From assembly GCA_016212855.1 (NCBI GenBank), contig JACRDP010000009.1, positions 89,275 through 153,274 of the forward strand: 64,000 bases of DNA, in the 5' to 3' direction. The stretch is from Elusimicrobiota bacterium. GTDB taxonomy: Bacteria; Elusimicrobiota; Elusimicrobia; UBA1565; UBA9628. Below, piece by piece: positions 16,295-25,307 of this stretch. The translations under genes were made by a program, and so were the position numbers. Position 1 is the stretch's first letter. Every line of letters starts with the position of its first letter. Below the pieces are notes generated by a model that was not told the origin of the DNA, ran no database searches, and was given only the letters and a program-made list of their open reading frames with translations.

Positions 16295-17518
16295 ATGAAG
16301 ATACTAGGCCTGTCGGTCCTGCTGGTGGTGTCGGTCTCCGCCTCTGATTTCGACGTTCCCCCCGCCCCCGCTCCCGAGGCGCCGGTCTGGGTCGCCGTCG
16401 ATCACGCCGACCTGGCCAAAGCCGGATTGCCTGCGTTCCCGATCTCAGGCGTCCCCGAGATCACCGACGGGCGCACGGCGGTGTTCAAGGTCCGCCCGGA
16501 CATGCTCCCCGTCCTCTCGCAGTTCATGCACGACAACTTCAAGCGCTGCGGCGGCTACTTCGCGCACTCGACCAAGGCCGCCGCTCAGGCGTCGATGCGG
16601 CCGACCGTCGTCGTCGCCGCCGGCCCCTACACGCTCGACCAGCAGGCCGTCGTCACGCCGCTCGTCGCGGCCGTCACGGAGTCCGGCATCCGCGCGACGA
16701 TCGATAAGCTCGCCGCCTTCAACAACCGCTACTACCAGTCCGAGACCGGCGTCACGGCCTCGAACTGGATCCTGGCCCGCTGGTCGGAGCTCGCCGCCAA
16801 GATTCCCGGCGCCTCCGTCGAGCTGTTCGCCCACGCCTCCTGGAAGCAGCCCTCGGTGATCCTCACGATCCCCGGCTCCGAGTTCCCTGACGAGATCGTC
16901 GTCCTCGGCGGCCACCTCGATTCGATCAGCGGTTGGGGCAACTCCGGCGCCCGCGCGCCCGGCGCCGACGACAACGCCTCCGGCATCGCCGTCCTGACCG
17001 AGGCCGCCCGCGTGATCGCCGAGTCCGGCGTCCGCCCCAAGCGCACGATCCAGTTCATGGGCTACGCGGCCGAAGAAGTCGGCCTGCGCGGCTCTCAGGA
17101 AATCGCCGCCAAGTACTCGACCGGCGGCAAAAAGGTGATCGGCGTCATCCAGTTCGACATGTCGAACTTCAAGGGCACGGGCGCCGGGATTTACTTCCTC
17201 ACCGATTTCGTGGACCCCACGCTCAGCGCGTTCACCGCGAAGCTCGCGACGCAGTACTCGGGCGTGACGGCGTTCACCACCAAGTGCGGCTACGCCTGCT
17301 CGGACCACGCGTCGTGGACCAAGAAGGGCTTCCCCTCGGCGATGGCGTTCGAGGCGACCTTCGACGACAGCAACAAGGCCATCCACTCCGAACGCGACAC
17401 CTTGGCGACCTCGGGCGGCGACGCGTCCCACTCGATTCCCTTCGCCAAGCTCAGCGTCGCGTTCGCCCTCGAGCTCGCCAAGACCGCGCCGGCGGCGGTC
17501 AAAGTCACCTCGCGCTGA
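16295..17518 (+). CDS. secreted M28-family aminopeptidase
   Basis: Signal MKILGLSVLLVVSVSA. GHLDS, GADDNASGIAVLTEAARV, MGYAAEEVGLRGS, C..SDH motifs. Confidence 0.8.
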   Translation: MKILGLSVLLVVSVSASDFDVPPAPAPEAPVWVAVDHADLAKAGLPAFPISGVPEITDGRTAVFKVRPDMLPVLSQFMHDNFKRCGGYFAHSTKAAAQASMRPTVVVAAGPYTLDQQAVVTPLVAAVTESGIRATIDKLAAFNNRYYQSETGVTASNWILARWSELAAKIPGASVELFAHASWKQPSVILTIPGSEFPDEIVVLGGHLDSISGWGNSGARAPGADDNASGIAVLTEAARVIAESGVRPKRTIQFMGYAAEEVGLRGSQEIAAKYSTGGKKVIGVIQFDMSNFKGTGAGIYFLTDFVDPTLSAFTAKLATQYSGVTAFTTKCGYACSDHASWTKKGFPSAMAFEATFDDSNKAIHSERDTLATSGGDASHSIPFAKLSVAFALELAKTAPAAVKVTSR

Positions 17519-17570
17519 TCCGCGAACTCGCGGCGATTTTATCTTGAGATAAAGTCGTCGCCCGTCAGTT

Positions 17571-18365
17571 TCAGGAGAGCGGCTTCGGCCAGCTGTCGAA
17601 GATGAACAACTCTCCGGAACCGGTCAGGCCCGGCTTGGCGTCCTCGTAGCGCACGCTCGCGAGAGCCAAGTCCGCGGACGCGCTCGTCACGCGCCCGATC
17701 TCCCTGCCGTCGCGCACGATCGGATCTCCCGGAGCGGCCTTTCCCCGCAGACCCATCAAAATCTTGTTGACGTGCCCGCGGAACACGATCCGTGACACCG
17801 TCTCCTGGCCCATGTAGCAGCCTTTCTCCATGCTGATCGCCGCTTCCTGTCGCGCCTCGAGAGGCAAGGACTCGGAGTTCATATCCGCCCCGAACCATGG
17901 AAAGCCGGACGCGATGCGCAGCGCCTGGAACTCCGCGTCGGAGAGCAGTTCGGCGTCCACGGGCGGATCGACGCCGAGCAGCAGGCGCGCGGGCTCGTTG
18001 AGGCGCGTCCACGGCAGGCCCTGACTAAAGCCCTCCCCGACGACGAGCCAGGCCTGCTCGGAGCGCAGCGCCTTGAGCTTGGACTCGGACAGCATGATCT
18101 TCTTCTCGAACGCCATGAGAAAGCCGACCGCCGCCTCCGGGCGCGTGACCGCGAGCAAGGACAGCGCCGACTCCTCGTACAGCTCGAAATCGGCGGCGAG
18201 CAGGCCTTTGGGCGTCAGCACGCACGCGGGCAGGCACACGCCGGGAACGAGCTTGGTGACGTCGGCGGTGACAAGCCCCTGCAGGAAGGTCTTCGCGTCT
18301 TGGCCCAGGAAGCGGAAGAACCCCCACAGCGAGACGTCGTAGGCGCGTAGAGCCATGCGTTTCAT
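17571..18365 (-). CDS. YgfZ/GcvT-like folate-binding protein
   Basis: I start at ATG 18365 (MKRMALRAYDVSLWGFFRFLGQDAKTFLQGLVTADV..). C-terminal ..KGCYMGQETVSRI.. is typical of the YgfZ/aminomethyltransferase family. Confidence 0.6.
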   Translation of the reverse strand: MKRMALRAYDVSLWGFFRFLGQDAKTFLQGLVTADVTKLVPGVCLPACVLTPKGLLAADFELYEESALSLLAVTRPEAAVGFLMAFEKKIMLSESKLKALRSEQAWLVVGEGFSQGLPWTRLNEPARLLLGVDPPVDAELLSDAEFQALRIASGFPWFGADMNSESLPLEARQEAAISMEKGCYMGQETVSRIVFRGHVNKILMGLRGKAAPGDPIVRDGREIGRVTSASADLALASVRYEDAKPGLTGSGELFIFDSWPKPLS

Positions 18366-18371
18366 TATAGC

Positions 18372-18377
18372 TATCCT
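18372..18377 (+). promoter_or_regulatory. -10-like hexamer TATCCT, 6 nt upstream of GTG 18384
   Basis: TATCCT atccgc GTG with no SD. Confidence 0.3.
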
Positions 18378-18383
18378 ATCCGC

Positions 18384-19040
18384 GTGAAGCGCGAGATCGG
18401 CTTTCTGCTCGATATGGACGGCGTCGTGTGCCACAACATGCCCGCGCACGAGACCGCATGGACGCGCTTTTTCAAGACCAGGGGCATCGACATCGAGCTG
18501 CGCGAGTTCCGCGAGAAGACGATGGGCATGCCCACGCGCGAGGTCCTGCGCTACTACTACAAGCGCGAGGTCCCGCCCGAAGAAGCCCACGCCGCCGCGC
18601 TCATCAAAGAGACGATGTACAGGGAGCTTTACTTACCTGAACGGGCGCCAGCTAAGGGACTGCTCCGATTTCTGCAAGGCGCCCGGGCTGGCGGCTACCG
18701 CACCGGCCTCGGCACCGGCTCGAAAGACGACAACGTAACCTTCATCCTCGACGGCCTGAACCTGCGACCGTGGTTCGACGCGGTCGTCGACGGCGGCATG
18801 GTGACCAAGGGCAAGCCCGATCCGGAAACTTTTCTGATCCTCGCCGACAAGCTCAAGGTCGCGCCGAAGAACTGCGTGGTGTTCGAGGACTCTTTGCTCG
18901 GAGAAGAGGCCGCGCGCCGCGCTGGGATGGCGGTCGTCGCGATCACGACTTCGCACCGCGCCGACGAATTCAAGCACGCGGCCATCAAGGCCGCAGACTT
19001 CCGGACCCTGTCGCCTGCGAAAGCCGCCGCACTATGTTAG
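18384..19040 (+). CDS. HAD-superfamily hydrolase (beta-phosphoglucomutase-like)
   Basis: FLLDMDGVV (DxDG), ..GLGTGS.., KGKPDPETFL, FEDSLLGEEAARRAGM. Confidence 0.8.
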   Translation: MKREIGFLLDMDGVVCHNMPAHETAWTRFFKTRGIDIELREFREKTMGMPTREVLRYYYKREVPPEEAHAAALIKETMYRELYLPERAPAKGLLRFLQGARAGGYRTGLGTGSKDDNVTFILDGLNLRPWFDAVVDGGMVTKGKPDPETFLILADKLKVAPKNCVVFEDSLLGEEAARRAGMAVVAITTSHRADEFKHAAIKAADFRTLSPAKAAALC

Positions 19041-19043
19041 AAT
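19038..19043 (+). promoter_or_regulatory. -10-like hexamer TAGAAT, 7 nt upstream of ATG 19051
   Basis: TAGAAT cgggccg ATG with no SD. Confidence 0.35.
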
Positions 19044-19050
19044 CGGGCCG

Positions 19051-20049
19051 ATGAAGCTCGTCACCTTCGAGGTCGCCACGCCGCTGGGCCCCGTCGAGCG
19101 CCTCGGCGCTTTGCGCGGCGGCAGGATAGTAGACCTCAACCGAGCCGCCGCCCTCCTCTATAAAGCCCAGGGCAAGACCCGTCCTCAGGAACGCGCGGAT
19201 TTCTTCGTGCCCCCCTGCTTGCTCGGCCTGCTCGACGGCGGGAAGGAGTCGCTGACCGAGGCCGGGACCGCGTTGAACTCCCTGAAGGGAGCCCCCGCCG
19301 GAGTCATCTGGAAAGAGAGCCAGGTGAAGCTGCTGGCCCCGCTCCCGCGCCCGCGCTCCCTGCGCGATTTTTTCTCGTTCGAGGATCACGCGAAGGCCGG
19401 GGCCAAGCGCCGCAACGAACCGATGCAGAAAGAGTGGTACGAGCAGCCGGTGTTCTACAAGGGCAACCCGCGCTCGATCATCGGCCCCGGGGCGACGATC
19501 CCGTGGCCCGCGTTCACGCGCAAGCTCGATTTCGAATTCGAGATCGCGGCCGTCGTCGGCACGGCGGGGCGCGACATCTCGGTCAAGAACGCCCGTAAGC
19601 ACATCGCCGGCTATATCGTGATGAATGACTGCTCCGCGCGCGACATTCAGAGAAACGAAATGGCGTGCCGCATGGGGCCGGCCAAAGGAAAAGACTTCGC
19701 CACGGCCATGGGACCCTACTTCGTCACGTCCGATGAAGTCACGGCAAAAATTCCGGAGCTCAAAGTGAGAATCAACGGTAAAGAGTGGAGCCGCTCGAAG
19801 GGAGCGCAACCCTACTGGAATTTCGACGTGATGCTCTCGCACGCGTCCCAAGGCGAAGACCTCCTGCCCGGCGACCTGCTCGGCTCGGGAACCTATTTCA
19901 CCGGCTGCGGCCTGGACATGGCGCGCTGGATCAAGCCTGGAGACCGGATCGAGCTCGACGCGGGACCGCTCGGGACGCTTAAAAACGTCGTCGGCAAGCC
20001 CGCCGGAAAAACCCATCTGGTCTACAAGCGCACGGGAGCCTACGCATGA
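19051..20049 (+). CDS. fumarylacetoacetate hydrolase (FAH) family protein
   Basis: ..DFEFEIAAVVG..IAGYIVMNDCSARDIQ..GPAKGKDF..PGDLLGSGT.. are FAH-fold motifs. Confidence 0.8.
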   Translation: MKLVTFEVATPLGPVERLGALRGGRIVDLNRAAALLYKAQGKTRPQERADFFVPPCLLGLLDGGKESLTEAGTALNSLKGAPAGVIWKESQVKLLAPLPRPRSLRDFFSFEDHAKAGAKRRNEPMQKEWYEQPVFYKGNPRSIIGPGATIPWPAFTRKLDFEFEIAAVVGTAGRDISVKNARKHIAGYIVMNDCSARDIQRNEMACRMGPAKGKDFATAMGPYFVTSDEVTAKIPELKVRINGKEWSRSKGAQPYWNFDVMLSHASQGEDLLPGDLLGSGTYFTGCGLDMARWIKPGDRIELDAGPLGTLKNVVGKPAGKTHLVYKRTGAYA

Positions 20050-21272
20050 GCGTGATTCTGACGCGCGGCCGCGTGCCCAAGACGCCGCACACCGAATTCT
20101 ATTCGGAGCCCGAGGTCCTCGCGCTCGAGGAGATCCACGGAGTCTCCGGCTTTTCGGGAGATTGGTCCCGGAAGTATCACTACCGGAAGTATCCGACCCA
20201 GCAAGTGAGCGAGCCGAAGCGACTCCCCCTCGATCTTCGTCCGCAGACCATGGCGCCGCACCAGCCGCTGCAGCCCTGGCATATCCGCACCGGCCGCCTG
20301 AAGGCGCACGGCGACCACATCAGCGGGCGCGTGCCGCTCGTGTACGGCGCGACGACCCTCGTCTCCGCCGCGCGCTTTCAGAAGTCCTGCCCGCCCCAGA
20401 GGTTCTTTCGCAACGGCGACGGCCACGAGCTTTGGTTCGTGCAGGAAGGCTCCGGCCTCATCGCCTCCGAGTTCGGCGTGCTGCCGTTCCGCAAAGGTCA
20501 CTACGTCAACATCCCCAAAGGCACGACCTACCGCGTCGAGCTCGAGAGCGAGGACTGCGCCTTGCTCATCATCGAGTCGCGCCTGCCCATCCAGTTCGCC
20601 CCCCACTATCTCAACGCCTCCGGCCAAGCTCACCTGACCTCGCCCGTCGTGGAAACCGAGACCGGCCTGCCCGAGTTCCGGCCCGCGCGCGACGAGGAAG
20701 GCGAGTTCCGTGTCTGGACCAAGCACGACGGCGGACACGTCACCGAGCTGTTTCTGGGCCATCACCCCTTCGATCTCATCGGGTGGGAAGGCGCGCTGTA
20801 CCCCTACACCTTCCACACCGACGACCAGCACCCCGTCGCCCGGCAGATCCACACCGCGCCGCCCGCGCGCCAGACCTTCCAGTCGGGGACCGCGCCGCAT
20901 AACGGCTTCGCCGTCTGCACCTTCAAGGGCCAGATCGAAGGCTGGCACCCGCGCGACGTGCCCGCGCCCTACGCGCATTACAACGTGGACAGCGACGAGG
21001 TCATGTTCTTCTCGAACACGAGCTACGGCGCACGCAAGGGGCTCGTCGAGCCGGGCTCGTTCACCTTCCATCCCGGCTCGCTGCCCCATTCGCCGCACGG
21101 TATGGCGGCCAAGCGCTCCTTCGCCGAGCGCGGCAAGATCTCCGACTACCTCGCGGTCATGCTCGACACCTTCTTCGAGCCGCTCGCCGTCGCCAAGCAG
21201 GCCCTGCCGCTCGCGGACAAGGACTACCCGACGAGCTGGAACCGCGACACGCAGGGCATCTCGGGCGCCTAG
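20046..21272 (+). CDS. homogentisate 1,2-dioxygenase-like cupin dioxygenase
   Basis: About 400 aa. FFRNGDGHELWFVQEGSG, HYNVDSDEVMFF, FHPGSLPHSPHG. Neighbours are FAH-family and HPPD-like genes. Confidence 0.55.
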   Translation: MSVILTRGRVPKTPHTEFYSEPEVLALEEIHGVSGFSGDWSRKYHYRKYPTQQVSEPKRLPLDLRPQTMAPHQPLQPWHIRTGRLKAHGDHISGRVPLVYGATTLVSAARFQKSCPPQRFFRNGDGHELWFVQEGSGLIASEFGVLPFRKGHYVNIPKGTTYRVELESEDCALLIIESRLPIQFAPHYLNASGQAHLTSPVVETETGLPEFRPARDEEGEFRVWTKHDGGHVTELFLGHHPFDLIGWEGALYPYTFHTDDQHPVARQIHTAPPARQTFQSGTAPHNGFAVCTFKGQIEGWHPRDVPAPYAHYNVDSDEVMFFSNTSYGARKGLVEPGSFTFHPGSLPHSPHGMAAKRSFAERGKISDYLAVMLDTFFEPLAVAKQALPLADKDYPTSWNRDTQGISGA

Positions 21273-21273
21273 C

Positions 21274-21885
21274 ATGCAGCTCGACCCCGAGTCGCTCGCG
21301 GTCCGGGACCGCTACCAGCTCATGATCGCGACGATACTGCCCCGTCCGATCGCCTGGGTCGCGACGATCTCCCCCGACGGGAAGCCGAATCTCGCTCCTT
21401 TTTCGTTCTTCACGGGCATTTGCGCCAATCCGATGACCGTGTGCTTCGCGCCGGTGAACGACCGGAACGGCAAGAAGAAGGATACGCTCGTCAATATTGA
21501 ATTGACGAAGCAGTTCACCGTCAACATCGTGAACGAGAGCAACGCGAAATTGATGAACCAGACGTCGGCGCCTTACGCCTACGGCGTAAACGAATTTGAG
21601 AAGTGCGGTGTGACGGCCATCAAGAGCGCCGTCGTTATACCGCCCCGGGTCAAAGAAAGCCCGGTGTCGTACGAATGCGAACTCCGGCAGATCGTGCGGA
21701 TCGGAGAAGGTCCGTTGGCCGGAAACCTGGTCATCGGCAAAGTGATCATGTTCCACTGCGACGACGCGCTCTATAACGGCGGGAAGATCAAGCACCAGGA
21801 TATCCATGCGATCGGCCGCATGGAAGGCTCGTGGTACGCCCGCACGAACGACGCGTTCGAACTCCCCCGCCCGGAGGCGGCATGA
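21274..21885 (+). CDS. flavin reductase-like FMN-binding split-barrel protein
   Basis: I start at ATG 21274. ..ILPRPIAWVATISPDGKPNLAPFSFF.. is typical of the flavin reductase domain. Confidence 0.75.
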   Translation: MQLDPESLAVRDRYQLMIATILPRPIAWVATISPDGKPNLAPFSFFTGICANPMTVCFAPVNDRNGKKKDTLVNIELTKQFTVNIVNESNAKLMNQTSAPYAYGVNEFEKCGVTAIKSAVVIPPRVKESPVSYECELRQIVRIGEGPLAGNLVIGKVIMFHCDDALYNGGKIKHQDIHAIGRMEGSWYARTNDAFELPRPEAA

Positions 21886-22664
21886 AGAAACAGGCCTTTC
21901 ATAACTTCGTCGTCGACCACATGACCTTCCTCGTCGAACCCGACGTGTACAAGACGACCTACGCGCTGTTCCGGATCATCCTTGGCGTGTCGCGCGAAGA
22001 CCTGATCTACGAGAAGCGCTCCAATTGGCCGGGCCAGAAGAAGCAGGCTTCGATGACCTTCGCGTCGCGCATCGGCGTGGAGAAGAATCCGGCGGTGCCC
22101 AATCAGGCCATCATCGCCGTCGTCCAGCCCACCGAGCCCAAGACCCAGAGCTCCCACGTGCGGACCATGCTCAAGAATCGCGGCGGCGGCTGCCATTGGC
22201 AGCACATCGCGCTGCGCACGCCCGACCTCTTAGGATTCCACAAGTTCTGCCTCGAGCGCGGCGTGAACTTCATCACTCCGATTCTAAAGGACGCGGAGGA
22301 CGATCTCATCCAGGTGTTCAGCGGAGAGTGGATGGTCCCCGGCGGGCGCCCCACGGCGACGTTCTTCGAGTTCGTCCAGCGCGACCCGAGCCCGGAGCTG
22401 CTCAAGCAGCTCGAGACCGCCTCCAACCGCGAGGCCTGGTTCCGGGACAAGACCTTTCTCGGGCTGTACGGCGAGAAGGAGAACGAGTACAAGACCGGCA
22501 AGGCGACGCCGTTCATCCCGGACGCCCTGTCGCGCAAAATCGCCGCACGCCTCAAGGGACTCGAGGTCTGGGAGATCGGCGACGACCTGCTCGAGAAGGT
22601 CGAGGCCGACATGCTCGAGTACGCCGCCGCGCGCAGAAAAGGCCGGACAACCGCGGCCGCGTGA
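21882..22664 (+). CDS. 4-hydroxyphenylpyruvate dioxygenase-like VOC-superfamily protein (short)
   Basis: I start at ATG 21882. ..WQHIALRTPDLLGF..GVNFITP.., ..FFEFVQRD.. resemble HPPD C-terminal motifs. At 260 aa it is shorter than a canonical HPPD. Confidence 0.5.
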   Translation: MKKQAFHNFVVDHMTFLVEPDVYKTTYALFRIILGVSREDLIYEKRSNWPGQKKQASMTFASRIGVEKNPAVPNQAIIAVVQPTEPKTQSSHVRTMLKNRGGGCHWQHIALRTPDLLGFHKFCLERGVNFITPILKDAEDDLIQVFSGEWMVPGGRPTATFFEFVQRDPSPELLKQLETASNREAWFRDKTFLGLYGEKENEYKTGKATPFIPDALSRKIAARLKGLEVWEIGDDLLEKVEADMLEYAAARRKGRTTAAA

Positions 22665-23881
22665 TGGCCGCGGCCGCGCTGCTGCTGGCGCTCGCCGTCT
22701 CAGCGCGGGCCGACGTCGCCGTGTACGACGCGGGCCGCGATCCCGGCAAGGGCGTGATCTTCTCCGCCGACGGCTACCACTACGCGTTTTTTGAAAATGC
22801 GGGCGGCGAGGACCGCTGGATCGTCGACGGGAAAGTCCGCGCGAAGGGGCCGGGGGGCCTGCTGAGCGGACCGGGCGCGCTCAACGCGAACGGCGCTTTA
22901 CTGCTCCACTCGATCGCGGTCCTCGACAAGGCCGGAGACATCATCGGCTACGCGGCCGCGGTCGACGGCCGCCGCATCGGAACCGGGGTGTTCGCGGAGA
23001 TCCAAAGTCCGGCGCTGAGCCCGCGCGGGACCAATTCGGCTTACGTCGGCCGCACGGAAAAAGGCTGGGTCGTCGCTTCGCAGCAAGGGACGGGGCCCGC
23101 GTTCGAGGAGCCGCCGCTGCATCTCTCGATCACCGAGAAGCAGACGTTGTACGTCGTGAACTACGGCGGCGCCGCCTGGCTGTACCGCGACCACAAACCG
23201 GCGACGCGGACCGCCTTTTCGGCCGCGTCGTCGAGCCGCGACTTGCGGCATGTCGGCGGCGTTTACACCGGCAGCGACGACATGATCTACGTCTCGATCG
23301 ACGAATTCTCGTTCGGACCGTACAACTCCGCGAGTGCGCCCGTGTTCAGCCCGGACGGCACCCACAGCGCGTTCCTAGCCGGGGTTCGGTCGCAGTCCGG
23401 CTACGACGCGCTGTTCGTGGACGGAAAGCCCACGGGGATGAAGCGCTGCGGCGATTGCACGGTGGCGGTGGACGACCGCGGGCGCGCCTTCCAGGACGTC
23501 GTCATGACCGGCGCCAGCGAACGCCTGCAGATCCACATGGCCTTCCTCGACGGCAAGTCGGTTCATCCGGGCGGCCAGCCCCCCCGCGTCGGCCTCGCGC
23601 CCGGAGGCGGCCACTACGTCTATCCGATGCTGTCTCCGCAGGGCGTGGCCGTCGGCCTCGACGGAAAGATCTCCGAAAAGGGCGTCCCCATGCCGCTCGT
23701 GCCCGGACCGGTCGCGTTCGACGGCGAGGAGTACCACTACTGGTCGACGAAGCCGGGACGGCTCCTGCTCGTCTGCGGCAGCGCCGCGGGGCCGCGGGCG
23801 CCGAAAAGCCGCTGCGCGGGGACGGCGCGGAGTCTGGGGTGGCCGCAGACGGAAGCCGTCGAAGAACCGCCTGCCCGCTGA
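22664..23881 (+). CDS. secreted repeat protein, function unknown
   Basis: I start at ATG 22664 (1-nt overlap with the upstream TGA). Signal MAAAALLLALAVSARA. Repeated ..Y..F....G...W.VDGK..-type segments. Confidence 0.5.
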   Translation: MAAAALLLALAVSARADVAVYDAGRDPGKGVIFSADGYHYAFFENAGGEDRWIVDGKVRAKGPGGLLSGPGALNANGALLLHSIAVLDKAGDIIGYAAAVDGRRIGTGVFAEIQSPALSPRGTNSAYVGRTEKGWVVASQQGTGPAFEEPPLHLSITEKQTLYVVNYGGAAWLYRDHKPATRTAFSAASSSRDLRHVGGVYTGSDDMIYVSIDEFSFGPYNSASAPVFSPDGTHSAFLAGVRSQSGYDALFVDGKPTGMKRCGDCTVAVDDRGRAFQDVVMTGASERLQIHMAFLDGKSVHPGGQPPRVGLAPGGGHYVYPMLSPQGVAVGLDGKISEKGVPMPLVPGPVAFDGEEYHYWSTKPGRLLLVCGSAAGPRAPKSRCAGTARSLGWPQTEAVEEPPAR

Positions 23882-23915
23882 CTGGATGTTTTAGGCCATT
23901 CCTCGGCACATCCGT

Positions 23916-23936
23916 GCCGGGCGTCTCGCGCCCGGC
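23916..23936. terminator. GC-rich hairpin between convergent genes (possible bidirectional terminator)
   Basis: gccgggcg-tctcg-cgcccggc is an 8-bp perfect stem. There is no U-tract on either strand. Confidence 0.25.
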
Positions 23937-23938
23937 CG

Positions 23939-24460
23939 TTAGTCGAGGTTGATGACGTCGTCGCGCGAACCGTCGAGGTCCGCCTCTCCGGTGAACGACG
24001 GCGCCTGAGGCGGAGGCAGGGGAGCGCCGGGCGGCGGGATCGATGACAGCACCTGCTGCTGTTGCTGAGGAGGAGGCGGCGGCGCGGCCTTCACGGGCTT
24101 GCCGATCAAGCTCTCGATCGCCTCCTTCAACTGCTGAGAATCAAGAGGCTTGTCGATGTAGCCGATCTCCGGCGCGTCCATGACGACCATCTCGATCTCG
24201 AACTTCGGCGTGGTGCTGGCGAAGATAACGGGAGTCTTCGCGCCGGACGCGGTCTTCCTCAGGCGCTGCAGGATTTCGAAGCCGTCGGCGCCGGGAATTT
24301 TATAGTCGAGGATTATGAGGCCGGGCTTATGCTGGTCCGTGAGCGGGAGCACGCTGTAGCCGTCGTTGGCGATCACGGCCTCGTAGCCCAAAGACGTCAG
24401 AACCGCCTGAATCGTCGTTTTGAACTTGGCGTCGAGGTCGTACACCAGAATCTTCGTCAC
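23939..24460 (-). CDS. response regulator receiver with a Pro/Gln-rich C-terminal tail
   Basis: MTKILVYDLD.., LIILDYKIPGADG, KPL. Tail is ..AAPPPPPQQQQQVLSSIPPPGAPLPPPQAP... Confidence 0.8.
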   Translation of the reverse strand: MTKILVYDLDAKFKTTIQAVLTSLGYEAVIANDGYSVLPLTDQHKPGLIILDYKIPGADGFEILQRLRKTASGAKTPVIFASTTPKFEIEMVVMDAPEIGYIDKPLDSQQLKEAIESLIGKPVKAAPPPPPQQQQQVLSSIPPPGAPLPPPQAPSFTGEADLDGSRDDVINLD

Positions 24461-24539
24461 GGGGCTATTGTAATCCCGGACGCCGGGTCTGTCAACACCC
24501 TCCGTCGGCGATGGCCGGCGCTTTTTTCCCCACGGGGCG

Positions 24540-25307
24540 CTACTTGGCGGGCAGGCCCCTCGTGGCCCACGACAGGTTCACGAAGCCGATATCCGAGTCC
24601 GCGAACTCGGCCTTCTCGAGGCGGCCGCTGTTGACCGCGGCCGCGCCCGGCCGGGGGTCGAGCTCGGCGATCACCAGCTGGCCCGAGCCGGGCATCTCCT
24701 CGCGGTACTCGATGCCTTCCTCGCGCAAGTCGTAGGAGTCGCGCGGACGCTTGGGCGCGTCGAGCCTGCGGCGCTCGGTGACGATGACGGCGGCCGCTTC
24801 GGCCTGCTCGACGTAGCCCTCGACGACGCGCAGGCGGATCTCGAAGTGCGCGCGCCGGCTCTCGAGGGATTTCGGATAGAGGGAGATCACGAGCCAGCGG
24901 CCGTCCTTGCGGCCCTTGTGCGTCCGGGCGAAAGCCTTGGCCTTGGAGTTCTCCCCCTTCATGCGTCCCTTGACCTTGACCACCTTCAGGGCGATGGTGG
25001 TCTCGCCTCCGCCGGGCACGCCGCCCTCGCGCAGCGACAGCGGCTCCCAATCCACGGCGTCCTTGTGGATCACGGCGTGCATGGGGCGCGTCAGCTTCGC
25101 CTTGGGGGCGCCGCCGCCGATCTTGAAGCCGTGGCCGGCGACGTCGTCGATCGAAGGGGCGGACGTCGACACGGACACGGTCGAGGTCGAAGAGGTGACC
25201 GTATCGGTGGACGTGGAGACTGTCGCCGTGGACGCGTCCGCGCCGTACATCGGCGACTGGGCCGCGGCGGGCGCGGATATTAATACGGCGAGAATCGCCG
25301 CCCTCAC
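24540..25307 (-). CDS. secreted hypothetical protein with a Ser/Thr-rich linker
   Basis: I start at GTG 25307 (GTGA overlap with the valS stop). Signal VRAAILAVLISAPAAAQS. STATVSTSTDTVTSSTSTVSVSTS low-complexity stretch. Confidence 0.5.
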   Translation of the reverse strand: MRAAILAVLISAPAAAQSPMYGADASTATVSTSTDTVTSSTSTVSVSTSAPSIDDVAGHGFKIGGGAPKAKLTRPMHAVIHKDAVDWEPLSLREGGVPGGGETTIALKVVKVKGRMKGENSKAKAFARTHKGRKDGRWLVISLYPKSLESRRAHFEIRLRVVEGYVEQAEAAAVIVTERRRLDAPKRPRDSYDLREEGIEYREEMPGSGQLVIAELDPRPGAAAVNSGRLEKAEFADSDIGFVNLSWATRGLPAK